64,000 nt of DNA, taken from contig CM119267.1 of NCBI GenBank assembly GCA_051294375.1, positions 22,011,486-22,075,485 of the forward strand, given 5' to 3'. The stretch is from Paraspadella gotoi. Lineage: Eukaryota; Animalia; Chaetognatha. Below are positions 1-48,607 of this stretch, piece after piece; position 1 is the first letter of the stretch; the number at the start of each line of letters is the position of its first letter. The position numbers and the translations under genes were made by a program. Below the pieces are notes generated by a model. It was not told the origin of the DNA. It worked only from the letters and a program-made list of their open reading frames with translations, and ran no database searches.

Positions 1-106
<106 letters not shown>

Positions 107-118
107 CTCTATCCTCAC

Positions 119-774
119 CTTCTCCACCGACTTTCTCAACCGCACCTCCATCCCATTTCGCCTCCCGACGCCGAACTCGACCGGCGCTCTTCTAAAAGAC
201 GCCGTCTCGCAAACCCTCGACCGCGCGGCGTCGAAGGCGCCGTAAATGACGAAGAGAGACGCGGCTTCGGAGGCGTTGTGAATCTCGGCGCCGAAGACGA
301 TCTCTTCGTCGAGGATGGAACCGGCGCCGACGAGGGACGAGTTGGCGTCGGCGGCGTCGGAGCAGAAGGAGATCGCGGGGTAGAGTTGGAATGAAGAGGG
401 CGTTAGGTCTTTGAAGTTGAGAACAAAGTGCGTTTCGCCCCTCAGCAGATCCTTAAGCTCAAGCGTAAGTAAAATCCAAAAACCGATGCCTGCAAATAGA
501 ATCTCTAATTAGTCTAATTAGTGAACGAGAGGATTTAAGTTTCCATAAGTAAAAAAAAAAGACAAGTTAGGGGATTAAAATACCCTTACCCGAGATGCCG
601 CCTGTCGTGTTAAGAATTTAGCATATGGGACTCACCGGCTGAGAAGACGATGATGAACCACATCGCTCGATTGCATTGACTCCTCTCTTCCTCGATCGTG
701 TGAACGAAGCCGTGACAAGACCACACCTTGTATAAGCGCTTGGTCGCATCCATTAAGTACTCGAAGAATGCCAT
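119..774 (-). CDS. DEG/ENaC (ASIC/pickpocket-like) channel paralogue A, 5' exons (774-636, possible 12-nt microexon 601-590, 489-119); gene continues left of the window
   Basis: Spliced translation MAFFEYLMDATKRLYKVWSCHGFVHTIEEERSQCNRAMWFIIVFSAG|IGFWILLTLELKDLL...QLYPAISFC...VCETASF...EFGVGRRNGMEVRL. This shows the pre-TM1 HG motif, W-initiated TM1, an FPAVTxC-like motif and a GxxNGL-like strand, with GTGAGT/GTGAGG donors. Confidence 0.72.
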
Positions 775-1485
775 TTTGTTTTCACTAAAGTATGATTCGG
801 GAAAAAATAGAGGAAATTCTTCGGGATCACTGGAAGGACAACGTTGTAAATTTTATGTGGATCAAACGTTTTTTTGTGCTTTTTTTTTCTCTCTGTTTTT
901 ATTTTTTTCTCGTCAAGTCAAACAAAAGTCGGTCATTAAAAAAAAAAGAGGAAAAAAGGAAAGTAGAAAAGAAGAGGAATCTAGAGTAAACAGTTTTATC
1001 TAGTTTATCACGCGAGCGGTGTTAATATCCGCCGAGTTTCGCCCCGGGTGGCTTCGCTGCAAAGAATTAAAAAAGAGTCGATACCTGCTTTTCTAGCTAC
1101 GTGACTCGCAATAGAGCTAATACATTATGTTTAATTACAACAAATATACATAGTTCCTCACCTTTCTNNNNNNNNNNNNNNNNNNNNNNNNNCTAGCTTT
1201 TTTATCTTTTTTAACTTTTGGGCGGATTTGACTCAGTGACATTGCCTATGAATCATAGTAATTGTACTTCGTTGAGTAAAGCCATTATTCTTATATTCAT
1301 ACAACAAATCAAAGTTTTTTCAAACAATGCTTTATTGCTTTATTGCTTTATTGCTTCATTCACTTTAAAACCGTACTATCCTCGCACTCCGATCGATGAT
1401 TCAATAAAATCTTCACGAATTAGTTCAATCCTCCATTTTGTCGCGTCCACAATTGAGCTTAATTCTCCGCATCCTCCTCTTATCC

Positions 1486-1850
1486 AACACCCACTCCTCC
1501 CACCTTCACGCCTCCACCTTCTCACCCCACTTCTTCTTACTCTACACCCACTCCTCCCACCTTCACGCCTCACCTCTCCAACCCCACCTTCTTCTTACTC
1601 ACACCCACTTCCTCCCACCTTCACGCCTCCCTTCTCCAACCCCACCTTCTTCTTACTCTACCACCCACTCCTCCCACTTCACGCCTCCACCTTCTCCAAC
1701 CCCACTTCTTCTACTCTACACCCACTCCTCCCCCTTCACGCCTCACCTTCTCAACACCCACCTTCTTTTCTTACTCTACCACCATCTCCCTCCCACCTTC
1801 ACGCCCCTCCCACCTTCTCCCAACCCGACCCCTCTTCCTCTTCCTCCACC
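1486..1850. repeat. ~60-bp CT-rich tandem repeat (about 6 degenerate units, CACCCACTCCTCCCACCTTCACGCCTCCACCTTCTCCAACCCCAC...)
   Basis: Repeated units are visible directly; the overlapping Pro/His-rich ORFs are by-products. Confidence 0.85.
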
Positions 1851-1854
1851 AAAC

Positions 1855-3679
1855 CATATATCTCGCAACTGCAAAACTCGAAAAATTTCCAAGGCGCTGA
1901 TGAGGAGACCGCCCACTAGAGACCCGCGTAGCCTCGACAGGCGGCGAAGAAGGCGCGGAAGGTTCGGGCCTGATGGGACCTACGGTTAAATGGATCATTT
2001 ACGTACTTTAAAAATATACATAAATTGCATCATATGTTAATTAAAGATTCATTAAAACCGTCAAGAGCGACTATTGGGGCGGAGGCAACTTCATTTCGCC
2101 CCCCCCCCATCCCAAAGGTCCGGGGTTCTAGCAGGACAGCATTTAAGTAGGACGGGCGCTACAGCCTGATTCAAAGCTCACGGATTGCTGTTTTAATGAA
2201 TGGTTTATTCCTGAATTCGTGACTGAAATACTGTCTCTTAATTCTGTTCCATTCGTATAGACACATATATAACTCGCGAATATAGCTTAGATTATGATAT
2301 CGACCCAGCCGCTCGGTAAGACACGTTCGAATTAGCGAGCGACGTAAAATAAGTGTTGTAATATCTAAGTAAATACATGAGAAATGACGGTCAAATGGTC
2401 AGAAAGGGATGGGTTATGTATCATAAAGAAGATAAAAGGTGATATAGTAAATATTGGTAAGGAGACTCGTATAAATGCTCTATTGTCATATCGATAGTAA
2501 GTTTGAACGAAGCAAACGAACACGGTAGAGTAGAATATACATACTGATTTATATAATGTACACGCAAAGTAATACATATCAGAAATCTCATAGTATAGAA
2601 AATGTTAGAATGTAGATGGTTAGACATTGGTTCACCGTTTGTCTTTATTCAAACTGCTTCCGATATAATTCGGACAAACTTCCCCGGTTCCGTTGTTTGA
2701 TTTCAAAATCTCTCTCTTTCGTTGTTGAATTCAAAGTCAAAATTTTCGTCGTCGTCGTCTTCATCGACATAATTCGTTTTCTCCGAATTTCTCAAGTGAA
2801 CTTTCATCGCGGACTGAATGAGACAAAAAGTAAAGATAACCTCACCCCTCACACGATTAGACCCTCAAAACCGCCCCTCATGACGACCTTTTCCCGCCGA
2901 AATATCCACAGACCCTTGCCTCTGCCGACGCCGAATTCGGTGGCGCCATTCATACGCACGACGTCGCATCCCGGCCACGCCCTCTCGTCTCTGAACGCCC
3001 CGAACCCGGCGCCAACGTCGGACGCGTCGATTTCCGCGCCGCCGAAGCGAACGACGCTCTCGATCGCCGGAGTCGACGAGCGGTTGCGGGGGCAGACGAT
3101 GACGGCGGGGAANNNNNNNNNNNNNNNNNNNNNNNNNNNNNNNNNNNNNNNNNNNNNNNNNNNNNNNNNNNNNNNNNNNNNNNNNNNNNNNNNNNNNNNN
3201 NNNNNNNNNNNNNNNNNNNNNNNNNNNNNNNNNNNNNNNNNNNNNNNNNNNNNNNNNNNNNNNNNNNNNNNNNNNNNNNNNNNNNNNNNNNNNNNNNNNN
3301 NNNNNNNNNNNNNNNNNNNNNNNNNNNNNNNNNNNNNNNNNNNNNNNNNNNNNNNNNNNNNNNNNNNNNTCAGTTTTGTACTCAAAATATGCATCAACTT
3401 AGTTTAAACTTTATATTGGTCCAAATACAAATACAAATACACAAATACACATAAAGTTTAAAATTTTCATTCTTAACTGGGCCAGTTTACTTCCCATTAA
3501 TATTAATACAAAACATTTATGATTCACTCACCCACGACGCTCATGACCGCGTACCACAAGACGCGCCTGACCGCGCTGTACTCGGCGTTTGCCACGTGAC
3601 CGTAACCGTGACACGACCACATCCGGTAGAACCGGAAGTGTTGATCGAGATGGGCGTCGACGCATGCGCGACAAGTCAT
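1855..3679 (-). CDS. DEG/ENaC channel paralogue B (exon 3679-3532; exon running out of the gap 3112 to ~2886; exon from ~2813; TM2 exon 1979-1855), with apparent frameshifts/stop
   Basis: RMWSCHGYGHVANAEYSAVRRVLWYAVMSVVG| has the same phase-1 intron as paralogue A. FPAVIVCP...EFGVGRGKGLWIF aligns with A. A TM2-like FFAACxGYAGL(L)VG..LISALEIFEF reads across small indels. Confidence 0.65.
2065..2240 (+). mobile_element. Degenerate copy of tRNA-derived SINE-like family 1
   Basis: Similar to 7770-7972 (GGAGGCAA..TCATT..CGCC, AAGGTCCGGGGTTCT, ACAGCCTGAT..AAGCTCA, TACTGTCTCTT). Confidence 0.55.
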
Positions 3680-4578
3680 GGCGTTTGTTTCGCAAAAGTC
3701 GGAATTCAATTTGGTTTTCGTAGTGGTCGCGTTAAATTACTTAGTTTATCGGTGGACACACAACAAGTGAAATCGATAGGGACACACAGTTTTTATTAGC
3801 TCAACTGTGTCATCAATCTATTTGTATATTAAAGGGGAAAAAAGAAAAAAAAACAATTACAAAATAAAGGTGTAATTGTTTTTTTTTTGTTGTTGTTGCT
3901 TTTTATTTTTTTTTGTATTTTTATCCGTTTTTGTAAAATTTTTATTTTGGTTATCCAACGGTATCCGCATCTAGCTAATTTTTTTGATTCGTACCTTTGA
4001 TTTATTAATTAAGGAAATTATTTTTTTTTTACTTTTTCCGTCTCAAATGTCCCCACGACGCGTGGGAACTTATTATCCGTCCGAAATAATTTAGGCCGAA
4101 AATATTTAGGGTGCCACGAAAAAAATTGTTCGACTGATTTCGTGTCGATTTCAAACGACATCNNNNNNNNNNNNNNNNNNNNNNNNNNNNNNNNNNNNNN
4201 NNNNNNNNNNNNNNNNNNNNNNNNNNNNNNNNNNNNNNNNNNNNNNNNNNNNNNNNNNNNNNNNNNNNNNNNNNNNNNNNNNNNNNNNNNNNNNNNNNNN
4301 NNNNNNNNNNNNNNNNNNNNNNNNNNNNNNNNNNNNNNNNNNNNNNNNNNNNNNNNNNNNNNNNNNNNNNNNNNNNNNNNNNNNNNNNNNNNNNNNNNNN
4401 NNNNNNNNNCTCTCTCTCTCTCACCCTCCCTTTTTCCCTCACTCTCTCTGCCTCTACTTCATACTTAGTCTTTCTCTCTTTGCTCTCGCTCCAGCAGTAT
4501 TTGTCAAAACGTGTCATCTGATCTCTCGGTACATAACGAGTAAATAAGTTAGCTTTTCATTTCATCCCTACCCGGATC

Positions 4579-4609
<31 letters not shown>

Positions 4610-4611
4610 TC

Positions 4612-4645
<34 letters not shown>

Positions 4646-4738
4646 TCTCTCTCTTTCTCTCTCCTCTCACCATTAATTTTTTATAACTGTTTATGACAGT
4701 ATCATAGTTATCATAGTTATCATACTTCCCTTTCCTAG

Positions 4739-40611
<35,873 letters not shown>

Positions 40612-41846
40612 ACTTTTACTTTACGCTATGTTTACTTAAATATACAAAAGTATCCACAACATTAGGTCGTTTTGTGGCTTGTTATCTTTTTTTTATCATT
40701 TACTCTATCCTGCTAGTTTATATTTTGATGTATCGGAAAATGTTTTGAGGTGTTTTCGATTTAAGTTTTTTTTTTCTTTTTTTTTTTCTAGAATTTAGGG
40801 CGAAATTCCAAGCAATTGAAAATAAGTTAGCTTAGCATTAAATTAGCATTCACCTCATATAAATTCGACTGAAGAGGGTCTGTTTTGTGAAATTTAAATA
40901 TTAATATTTTTAACTTAAAAGAGAAAAAAAATTTTATGTGTGTTTTCGTAGATTTAATGTGCTAAATATTTGACATAGAATGAAGTTTAAACTTCCGTTG
41001 TTTCGTAGTTGCTAACATATCATTGCGATTGGCTTATTCGTTGCAAAGTTTACCTTTCCGCGCATTTTGTGGACGCAAACGCTGACCAGTGACCAATGCA
41101 TAGTTTGGTCCGTTCTTGTTTGTCTTGGCTGTGATTATGCAATGATTATTTTTTTAATTCAGTCGTTTTATCACTTGCTGACGATTTGTTTTGCTTTATT
41201 AGTTTTTTCTCGACTCTTTAGCTAGCAACATTGATCGTTATCATACAATTAACATTTTTTTTATTGTGTGTAGTGGCTAGTACGTGTTAAAATTCATTAT
41301 TGTGTCGTCTTCCGATTACGAATAAAATATTTCATTCTAACGTTCCGAGCTTATTATGTTAGTTATAACAGTTATGAGAGCTAATGAAGGTGCGAGCTAG
41401 TTGTTGTATATTGGTTAATAGTATCCCTAGACATTTTTAAAGTAATTGAATTTAAAAAAGAAACGGTAATCCGAAAGGAAAATCTATCTCATGTGATGAG
41501 TCCAGGCATCTGTCGTCCAAGACTTGACGATTTCGAACTGAGAACGTAAACTCGTAGGGTTGAGCGTGCCATCATGTGGTCGCCCATGACAACCGAATAA
41601 CAACGACGACAATCGTAACCCGCATGCGATTTAGGCGTCAAATCGGGGTTCAGCGAACTCGGGGGAACCTGGTTTTGAGAAAAACCTTAGTCCGAATGTA
41701 TTTTTCCATATGTAAACCGTATGTAAACCGCAGTCTTTAAAAGAATTTTTGACTACTAAGTTTCGCTTTTTTCTTTTTTGTTGGTTTTTTTTTTTAACAA
41801 AACAAATTCGACAACAAAAAGTCGATAAAATACGAAAAATCGCGGG

Positions 41847-42113
41847 ATGGCGCGCACGAAACAGACGGCGCGCAAGTCGACCGGCGGGAAGGCGCCGCGG
41901 AAGCAATTGGCGACGCAGGCGGCGCGAAAAGTGCAGACGGCGCCGGGCAAAGGGGGCGCGGGGTCTGCGGGCGCCTTCGCTGGATCCGAGGCGAGAGTAG
42001 ATTTGGAGTTTGCGGAGACGGACGACTCGTTCGAACCGATCGTCGAGACGGTGACGACGCCTTTGGACGCGGACGGGTTCCCGTTGGCGGCGCTGAGGGA
42101 GACGGTCGACCGG
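41847..42113 (+). CDS. Roco exon 1: histone H3 N-terminal tail mimic without histone fold
   Basis: [28 protein letters not shown] equals H3 residues 1-27 except K23Q; then unrelated sequence and a CGG|GTCAGT phase-0 donor. Confidence 0.9.
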
Positions 42114-44328
42114 GTCAGTTTTTATTTAACTAATTTTAATTATTCGAAATAGTTTTTTTTTTTTACTAGATTTAAGGAGGCGACTATTTGTGACATAAAA
42201 GCACGGTATTTAGAGGAGAAACTATAATATTGTGGCGAAACCTAAATTCGCCACCCGTATAGCCATTCGCTTGGACAGCTTACTAGTAACTACTCTTTCA
42301 CCAACCGTGAGTTCCGGGTTCAATCCCATCACGGTCATGCTGGTTAAAGTGAGATGGTGTCGGCATAAACACGCCAGTGACATGGGGTGGTCACTGCAGG
42401 TCCAAAGCCCTGAGCGCCAGCTGTCGGGAGATGCCTTACACCCCAGGCATCACCCATGTCCCCCCGTAGCCCAGCTAATTTTCAACAAAATAGACCCAAA
42501 AAAATAAAAGACGTCGTTAGTAAACATACCCTTGGTAGAAATGACTAATTAAAACTAGAAAAAGCCGCAATATGCAAATTAGATTAAAATCATCACTGCT
42601 GTCGTCGCAGGTCAAGGGCGAGACACTGACCAGCGTGACGTTCCACGGCGCCAACAACGTCACCGACGCCGTCCTCGTCGCCTTCGCCCGCATGGAACTC
42701 GACTTCTCCAAGCTCCGAACTTTCTCCTGCCGAGCGGCGCCGCGTCTAACGGATTTCGGCGTCGCGGCGCTCCTCAAATACTCTGACATGAAGTCGGCGC
42801 GAGAGCTGAGAACGCTGGATTTCGGAGGCTGTCTCCGCTTGACGAACGAGTCGGTCAAATTCGCCGCCGCCTTCTTCGCCGCCCTCGACTTCCAATGTCA
42901 ATTAAAGTTCGACATGACGGCGGCGTTGGCGGACGGAACGTTGGGAGCGTCGCACGCGGGTTGCGCTACGCTGCCGTCCCTCGACGACGGCGCCGCTCCA
43001 ACGAAGCGTTCTCCGCGCAGGCGCACACTCTTTGTCTGTCCGCACGCGTCTGTCGAGACCTCTCTCTCGTGGCGTCTCGTCTTCGGAAATGACGCGACCG
43101 CCTTTCGCGTCGGCGTCGACGTTGTGGCGCACGATTGGATCGTCAAGCCGGATTTGAAAGTCAAGGTGGGAATAAATTAATAAATACATAAATAATTAGG
43201 TAAATAATAAATAAAGAAGTAATCAAATATGTAAATGGATAAAAATATAATATATAAAATATAAATATGAATGAATGAATGAATGAATGAATGAATGAAT
43301 GAATGAATGAATGAATGAATGAATGAATGTATATCCCCCTCTCCTCCCAAGATTGTCGAGGCCGACTTGGGTGGCGTCTTTCTCGACGTCACGTCTCCGC
43401 GTCACGTCTCTCACGTCGTCGTCGCCGCGGACCTTCGACGCTTGGAGAATCTCGAGACGCTCGTCCGCCACGCCAACCAGTGCGTCGCTTTCTTCGTCGA
43501 CAAGGTGCGTAAAACAGTGGCAATGATGATGGAGACGGAATCGTGAAGAGGAATGATAAAGTAAAGGCATTGGAGTTTTTACAAGTGGTTAAGTTTCGAC
43601 GATTTCTTTATATTTCTTAACAATTTCTTAATCCCCCTAGATAACAAATTATGTAGGGAGAATTAATAGGGAGTGGTCCTGCCATGGACTCTGGGAGAGA
43701 AAAAAACGAGACTTTGAGAGAGTCTTGATTGAAAGCGTGCCAGGCCATGTTATTATCTTGTCAAAGTCAAGGGCAAGATAGCAGATACGAAGCCTTTTTC
43801 TTTCATAACTTGAAACGATTTGTATACAAACGGTTAACTACTTTTGACCGAAATATAAACAACGCAATTCCTCAATAAAATGGTTTCCCCCATTTTTTTC
43901 CCGCCAGCTCTCAATCCCTCGAGCGGCCATCTTGAATCCCGGATTCGGCGACGCCGCCGACGCCCCCACGAAGCGCTACTTCGAGAGCGGCATCGGCACC
44001 AACGCCGCCTGGCGCAACGACGGCGTCCTCGAGTTCCAAGTCGGCCCCACGGTCTTGGCCGCACGTGAAATCGGCCCCATGGCCAACTTCACGTCCTGCG
44101 ATCCGCTGGTCGAGAATCACCCGGAGTTCGAGTTGATCGTCGAGGGGAGTCAAGGCGAGAAGGTCGACGTCTACTTCTCGTTATTGGTGGAACCCTGGGA
44201 ACAAATGTCGAGTCTCGTCGACTTCGCTTTATACGACGTTCGGCCCAACGAGAAAGTCGGCATCGGGCTGGAGGGCGTGGGGGAGTCATGGTGAGAGAGA
44301 CAGAGAGACAGGCATGAGAGAGAGAGGG

Positions 44329-44408
<80 letters not shown>

Positions 44409-44495
44409 TTAAAAAGGGATATTATTGAGGGAGCAACTGTATAACTACTAGTGTAACTATTGTACTTTTTAGGTAGAGAGAGAGAGAGAGGGAGA

Positions 44496-44549
<54 letters not shown>

Positions 44550-44559
44550 AGACTGATGG

Positions 44560-44611
<52 letters not shown>

Positions 44612-47600
44612 TGAAAGCATCGAAAAATCATTTTCTCCACTTGATTCATTTTATTCTCAGGCCCTCGCCCTTCGCAACGGGACAATAATTAAAAGCCAAA
44701 GAATTCAGGGTCAAGTTGGTTGGGGTCTTTTCGCGCGTTGCGAGATGGAAACGCCAAACCCCTGCGTCATCCCCGCCCACGTCGTTAACGCCGACGCCCC
44801 CTTCGGCGAAACCAACAAGTTCCACAGATTGAGACGCATCGAAGTTGGCTACACGAAATTGGCCAAGTTGCCCGACGAATCCTTCTCGCTCAACTCGTGG
44901 CGCCGCTCGACCAACAAAGACTTCTCCGCGACGAGCCGCTGGGTGCTTGGGGCGCACCTGTTGTTCGCGCGGACGGCGACCTTGGATCAGATAGAGAACG
45001 AGCTTCACAGCGTCTTGAAGGAGACTCAGCTGAGGCAGTTGATCCAGCGTCTAGACGTTTCCACGGTAACGACGGACGTCGCGACCCTGGTGGCCGAAAA
45101 GTTCTCGACTCACGACATCAACGATCAAAGCAGCTCGAAGGTAGGGCCTCTGGTCAATGCCCTCTACACCATCGCTGATGGCGTCGTCCAGTTGCTGTTA
45201 AGTCGGACTGCGGACGAAGAATGCGCTTACCTGAGAACGTTTTTCGATCGGCCTTACTATTCCGAGCCGCAGGCGAGATTTCGGAGGATCAGCTCGCATC
45301 AAACGCTAACTATGGACGGCGTCGTCGGCGTTACTAAGGACGCCGGTCTCGATCGAAAGGACGATGCCGGCGAATTCGGCTTCATCGATCGCGGCGCCCT
45401 GACTCCGAGATTTAATGGATTCGAGGCGCGAGTGGAAAAGGTGGGAAATTCTCTAGAATCTGGCGCGTTCGTGATGGGACTCAGTCGCCCGATGCGATCC
45501 AAGGGGCCCACTATTTTCGAGTACAACGCCGCCACCGGGGAAGTAACGATCAACGGCGTCGTCATGGACACCGTCGCTAAAGACGGAGTCCGCAAAGTTA
45601 CCTGCAATTCGATCAACGACGTCGTCTCCATCTACATCGAAGGAGCGGAAGGCAACAAAGTCGTCCTTTGCAAAAACTTCAAGCAAATATTTTCCGCCGA
45701 TTTGGAAATGAAGTGTTTTCCCAAGTCCAAAGGGATCGGCGCCGTCGTGCCTTACCTTTCCGTTCAAAATTCCGCCTTTCAAGTTCGTCTCCTCAACTAC
45801 CTCACGTCCGGATTTTCATCGACTTTGGTCGGTCGCACCAAAGGTCGCCAGATGCGCGTCGACTCCGCGACCGGAACCGTCGTCAATGAGAACGAGGGCT
45901 CGGGCGTCTACGTGAGCGACAAACCTTTATCTGAATGGAATCATACTTTTTCCTTTCACTTAAATTCGATAGAGGGCGTCAAAGTTGGACTAGTGCCACG
46001 CCCATTGATCGACGTGGAAGAGGATGGATCCTTTAGAGTTTCGATTAAAGACGCCGTGGCTGACGCCGGCTCCGCTGCTGCTGGCGCCGCTGATTCGGGC
46101 TCTCCACACTCGACGAAAAGCAGAAAGATAGAATTTAGTCTCGACTTAGAATCGCTTAATCATTGGGACTTTGTCAACGACGGCCGCGTGCGATTCGATG
46201 TCGATTTACCCTTGAAACTGAGCGTCGAGGGCGAATCGAAAGTCAAAGATTTGACGTGGAATGTGGAAGAGTCTTGGGTCCGAAACGAGGTTCTTTATCC
46301 CGCCATCTTCGTAGACAAAAAGGGCATCGGATTTAGTCTCGATAAAACCGTTCAACGCTTCGATTCCAACGAGATTAACGAAAAGATTTCCTCGCCCTTC
46401 AGCGCCGTGTTGATCGCGGACGGCGGCGTCGCCCCGGAGAGGATCGACGAGGCTCGCCGCGCCATCAAGAAGGCGTTGGCCGAGTGGGGACCGGCGGAGA
46501 ACGACCTCGCCGGAGAGGATAGAATCGACGGCGAAGCGGATGACCCGCCCGAGGAACTTTTTCTTCAAGAGAAAAAAGGAAAGATGTTGGATCGATCGCT
46601 TAGGATCGAGTGGATAAGGAAGAAGCTGAAAAAGGTCGAAGTGTCGATCCTGATTTCGGACAAAGACTTGAAGGAAGTGAAGAAGACGTCGAATCACGAA
46701 TTTTGGAAAAACAACAACAGCAACGATCTCACGTTGAGCGGATTGAGGAAGCGGCTCACCGCTGCCATGGACGGAGATTTCTCACAGACGGAGACCTTGA
46801 AGATCCTCGACAAACTCTGGGGACGATTGGATGAGAACGACCTCGACAAAAAGGTGCTGCAAAAGGCGGGAGTCAAAATCGAGCGGGCGGACAAACTAAT
46901 CCAACGGTTCGTCGATGATTTTCAATTCTCCCGCCGCGTGGGATTTCAACTCCTTCGTCACCTCCACGACCGCGGCAGGGTGATCCTCTTCGAAAACCTC
47001 GACCCCCCGAGCGTCGTCCTGGACGTCCAGTGGTTCGCCGGATTCCTCTCGGCGGCCTACTCGGCGCCGACGACCTACTCGGCCAATCCGGCCATCCCTT
47101 TTCTTTCCAGCGTTCCCGTCTTCAACAAATCAAACGAATTCTCTCGAGTCGATCTCCTCAAATCGCTCAAACTGGTCGTCGACGTCCCTCACCTCCGCCA
47201 AGTCGGACGAGATATTCCGCGCTTCACTGGCGTAAACCTCCACGCCCTGGAGGCGGACGAGGAGGCGTTGAAGGCGTTCCTTGCGCCTTACCCGGGTAAG
47301 TACGAGGCGCGGGCGACGTTCGGGCCGCAGGGCGCGGCGTCGGATAGGTGTCCAGTTCCGCCGACGTTTTGGTTCAAACTATTCGCCGTCTCCTTGGCGA
47401 CGGCCAAATTGGTCCACGCCTCAAAAGGCGGCGTCGTCGTGCGGCGCGGCTGCGTCGACGCCGTCGTTCGTCGCGACGACGCCGACTGCGTCGTCCTCGT
47501 CGTCCACACCTTCGTCGCGGACGACGTCGTCGCCGCGTTCGAGTCGGCCGTCGACGTTGGGGCGCACTTGTTGACTCTTTCGCCAGTCATGCAGGTTGGA

Positions 47601-48560
47601 ATAGGGGGGGTGCTAAAACGTTGTAAAAAATTGAAGCGAATTATTGTGTTCTTTAATCAAATTTGCGTATTGCAGTTACCATTTTTTTGTTTGAAAAAAT
47701 AATTTTAAGTTATGTTAACATTTTAAATTTAAAAGTAAAATATCGAATGAGATCTGTTTTTTTGTTTTCTTATTTTGGCATCTCCTTTTCTTTTTAGTTA
47801 TACATAGGTTGTAAAGAAAACTTTTCCTTTTAGTATTTTTCTTCTAATATTTTCGACTTGGAACTGTTATTTAAGTGTTTGAAATGTTTGAAAAAAATTA
47901 TTCTCATAATGCTATCCCTTTTATTTATACCGCACCTTTCTGAGTAATTATTATTAATTTATTACATTTATCATATATTTATTAAAAATAAACTGGCCAT
48001 TAATTATTATTGTACTGAGCATAAAGTTTATAAACTGAAAAAGGCTTCGCGTCGATTCTAAAAACAAATACATTATTAACCCCCCCCCCCAACCGCCAAC
48101 TCTGCCTTCACAGGCATTCTGGTCCGTCTTCGCCTCTCAATCCGAGACGATCGAGAGCCTCCTCGTGGAATGCGGCGTCTTCGACTTCCAACGCCTCGTC
48201 AACTCCTCGCGCCCGCCACCTCGCGGCCTCTTCGGCTTTTCCCGCATCCACTCGTGGACGCCGCGCCCCGGCGACGACGCCGACGTCTTCGTCTGCAGCC
48301 ACGGCGTCCACTGCGCCGCCGAGGGAGCCGTCTGCAAGCACGCCGTATTGACGCGCGTCGATGGAGGACGATGCGAGTGCGACGCCGAGCATGGCGCCCG
48401 CGCCCTCGTCTGTCGAGACTGCGGAATTTGTAGGCGATTCTGCGCGCCTCTGGTGGCGAAGATGCAAACGAGGCTACGGCCTGCGAATGTCGTCGGCGTC
48501 GAAACGAATCTCAAATTTATGTTCCGCGCTCATGATCGTAAGGAAGAAGAGAGAGAGAGG

Positions 48561-48607
<47 letters not shown>

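Noticed and set aside
1855-2813. Pseudogene status or recoding of DEG/ENaC paralogue B (in-frame TGA near 2704, TM2 frameshifts)
   Set aside because: Lies between gaps in noisy sequence; cannot separate biology from consensus errors
41847-42152. Canonical or variant histone H3 gene
   Set aside because: Similarity stops at residue 27; no KKPHRYRPG or histone-fold sequence in any downstream exon
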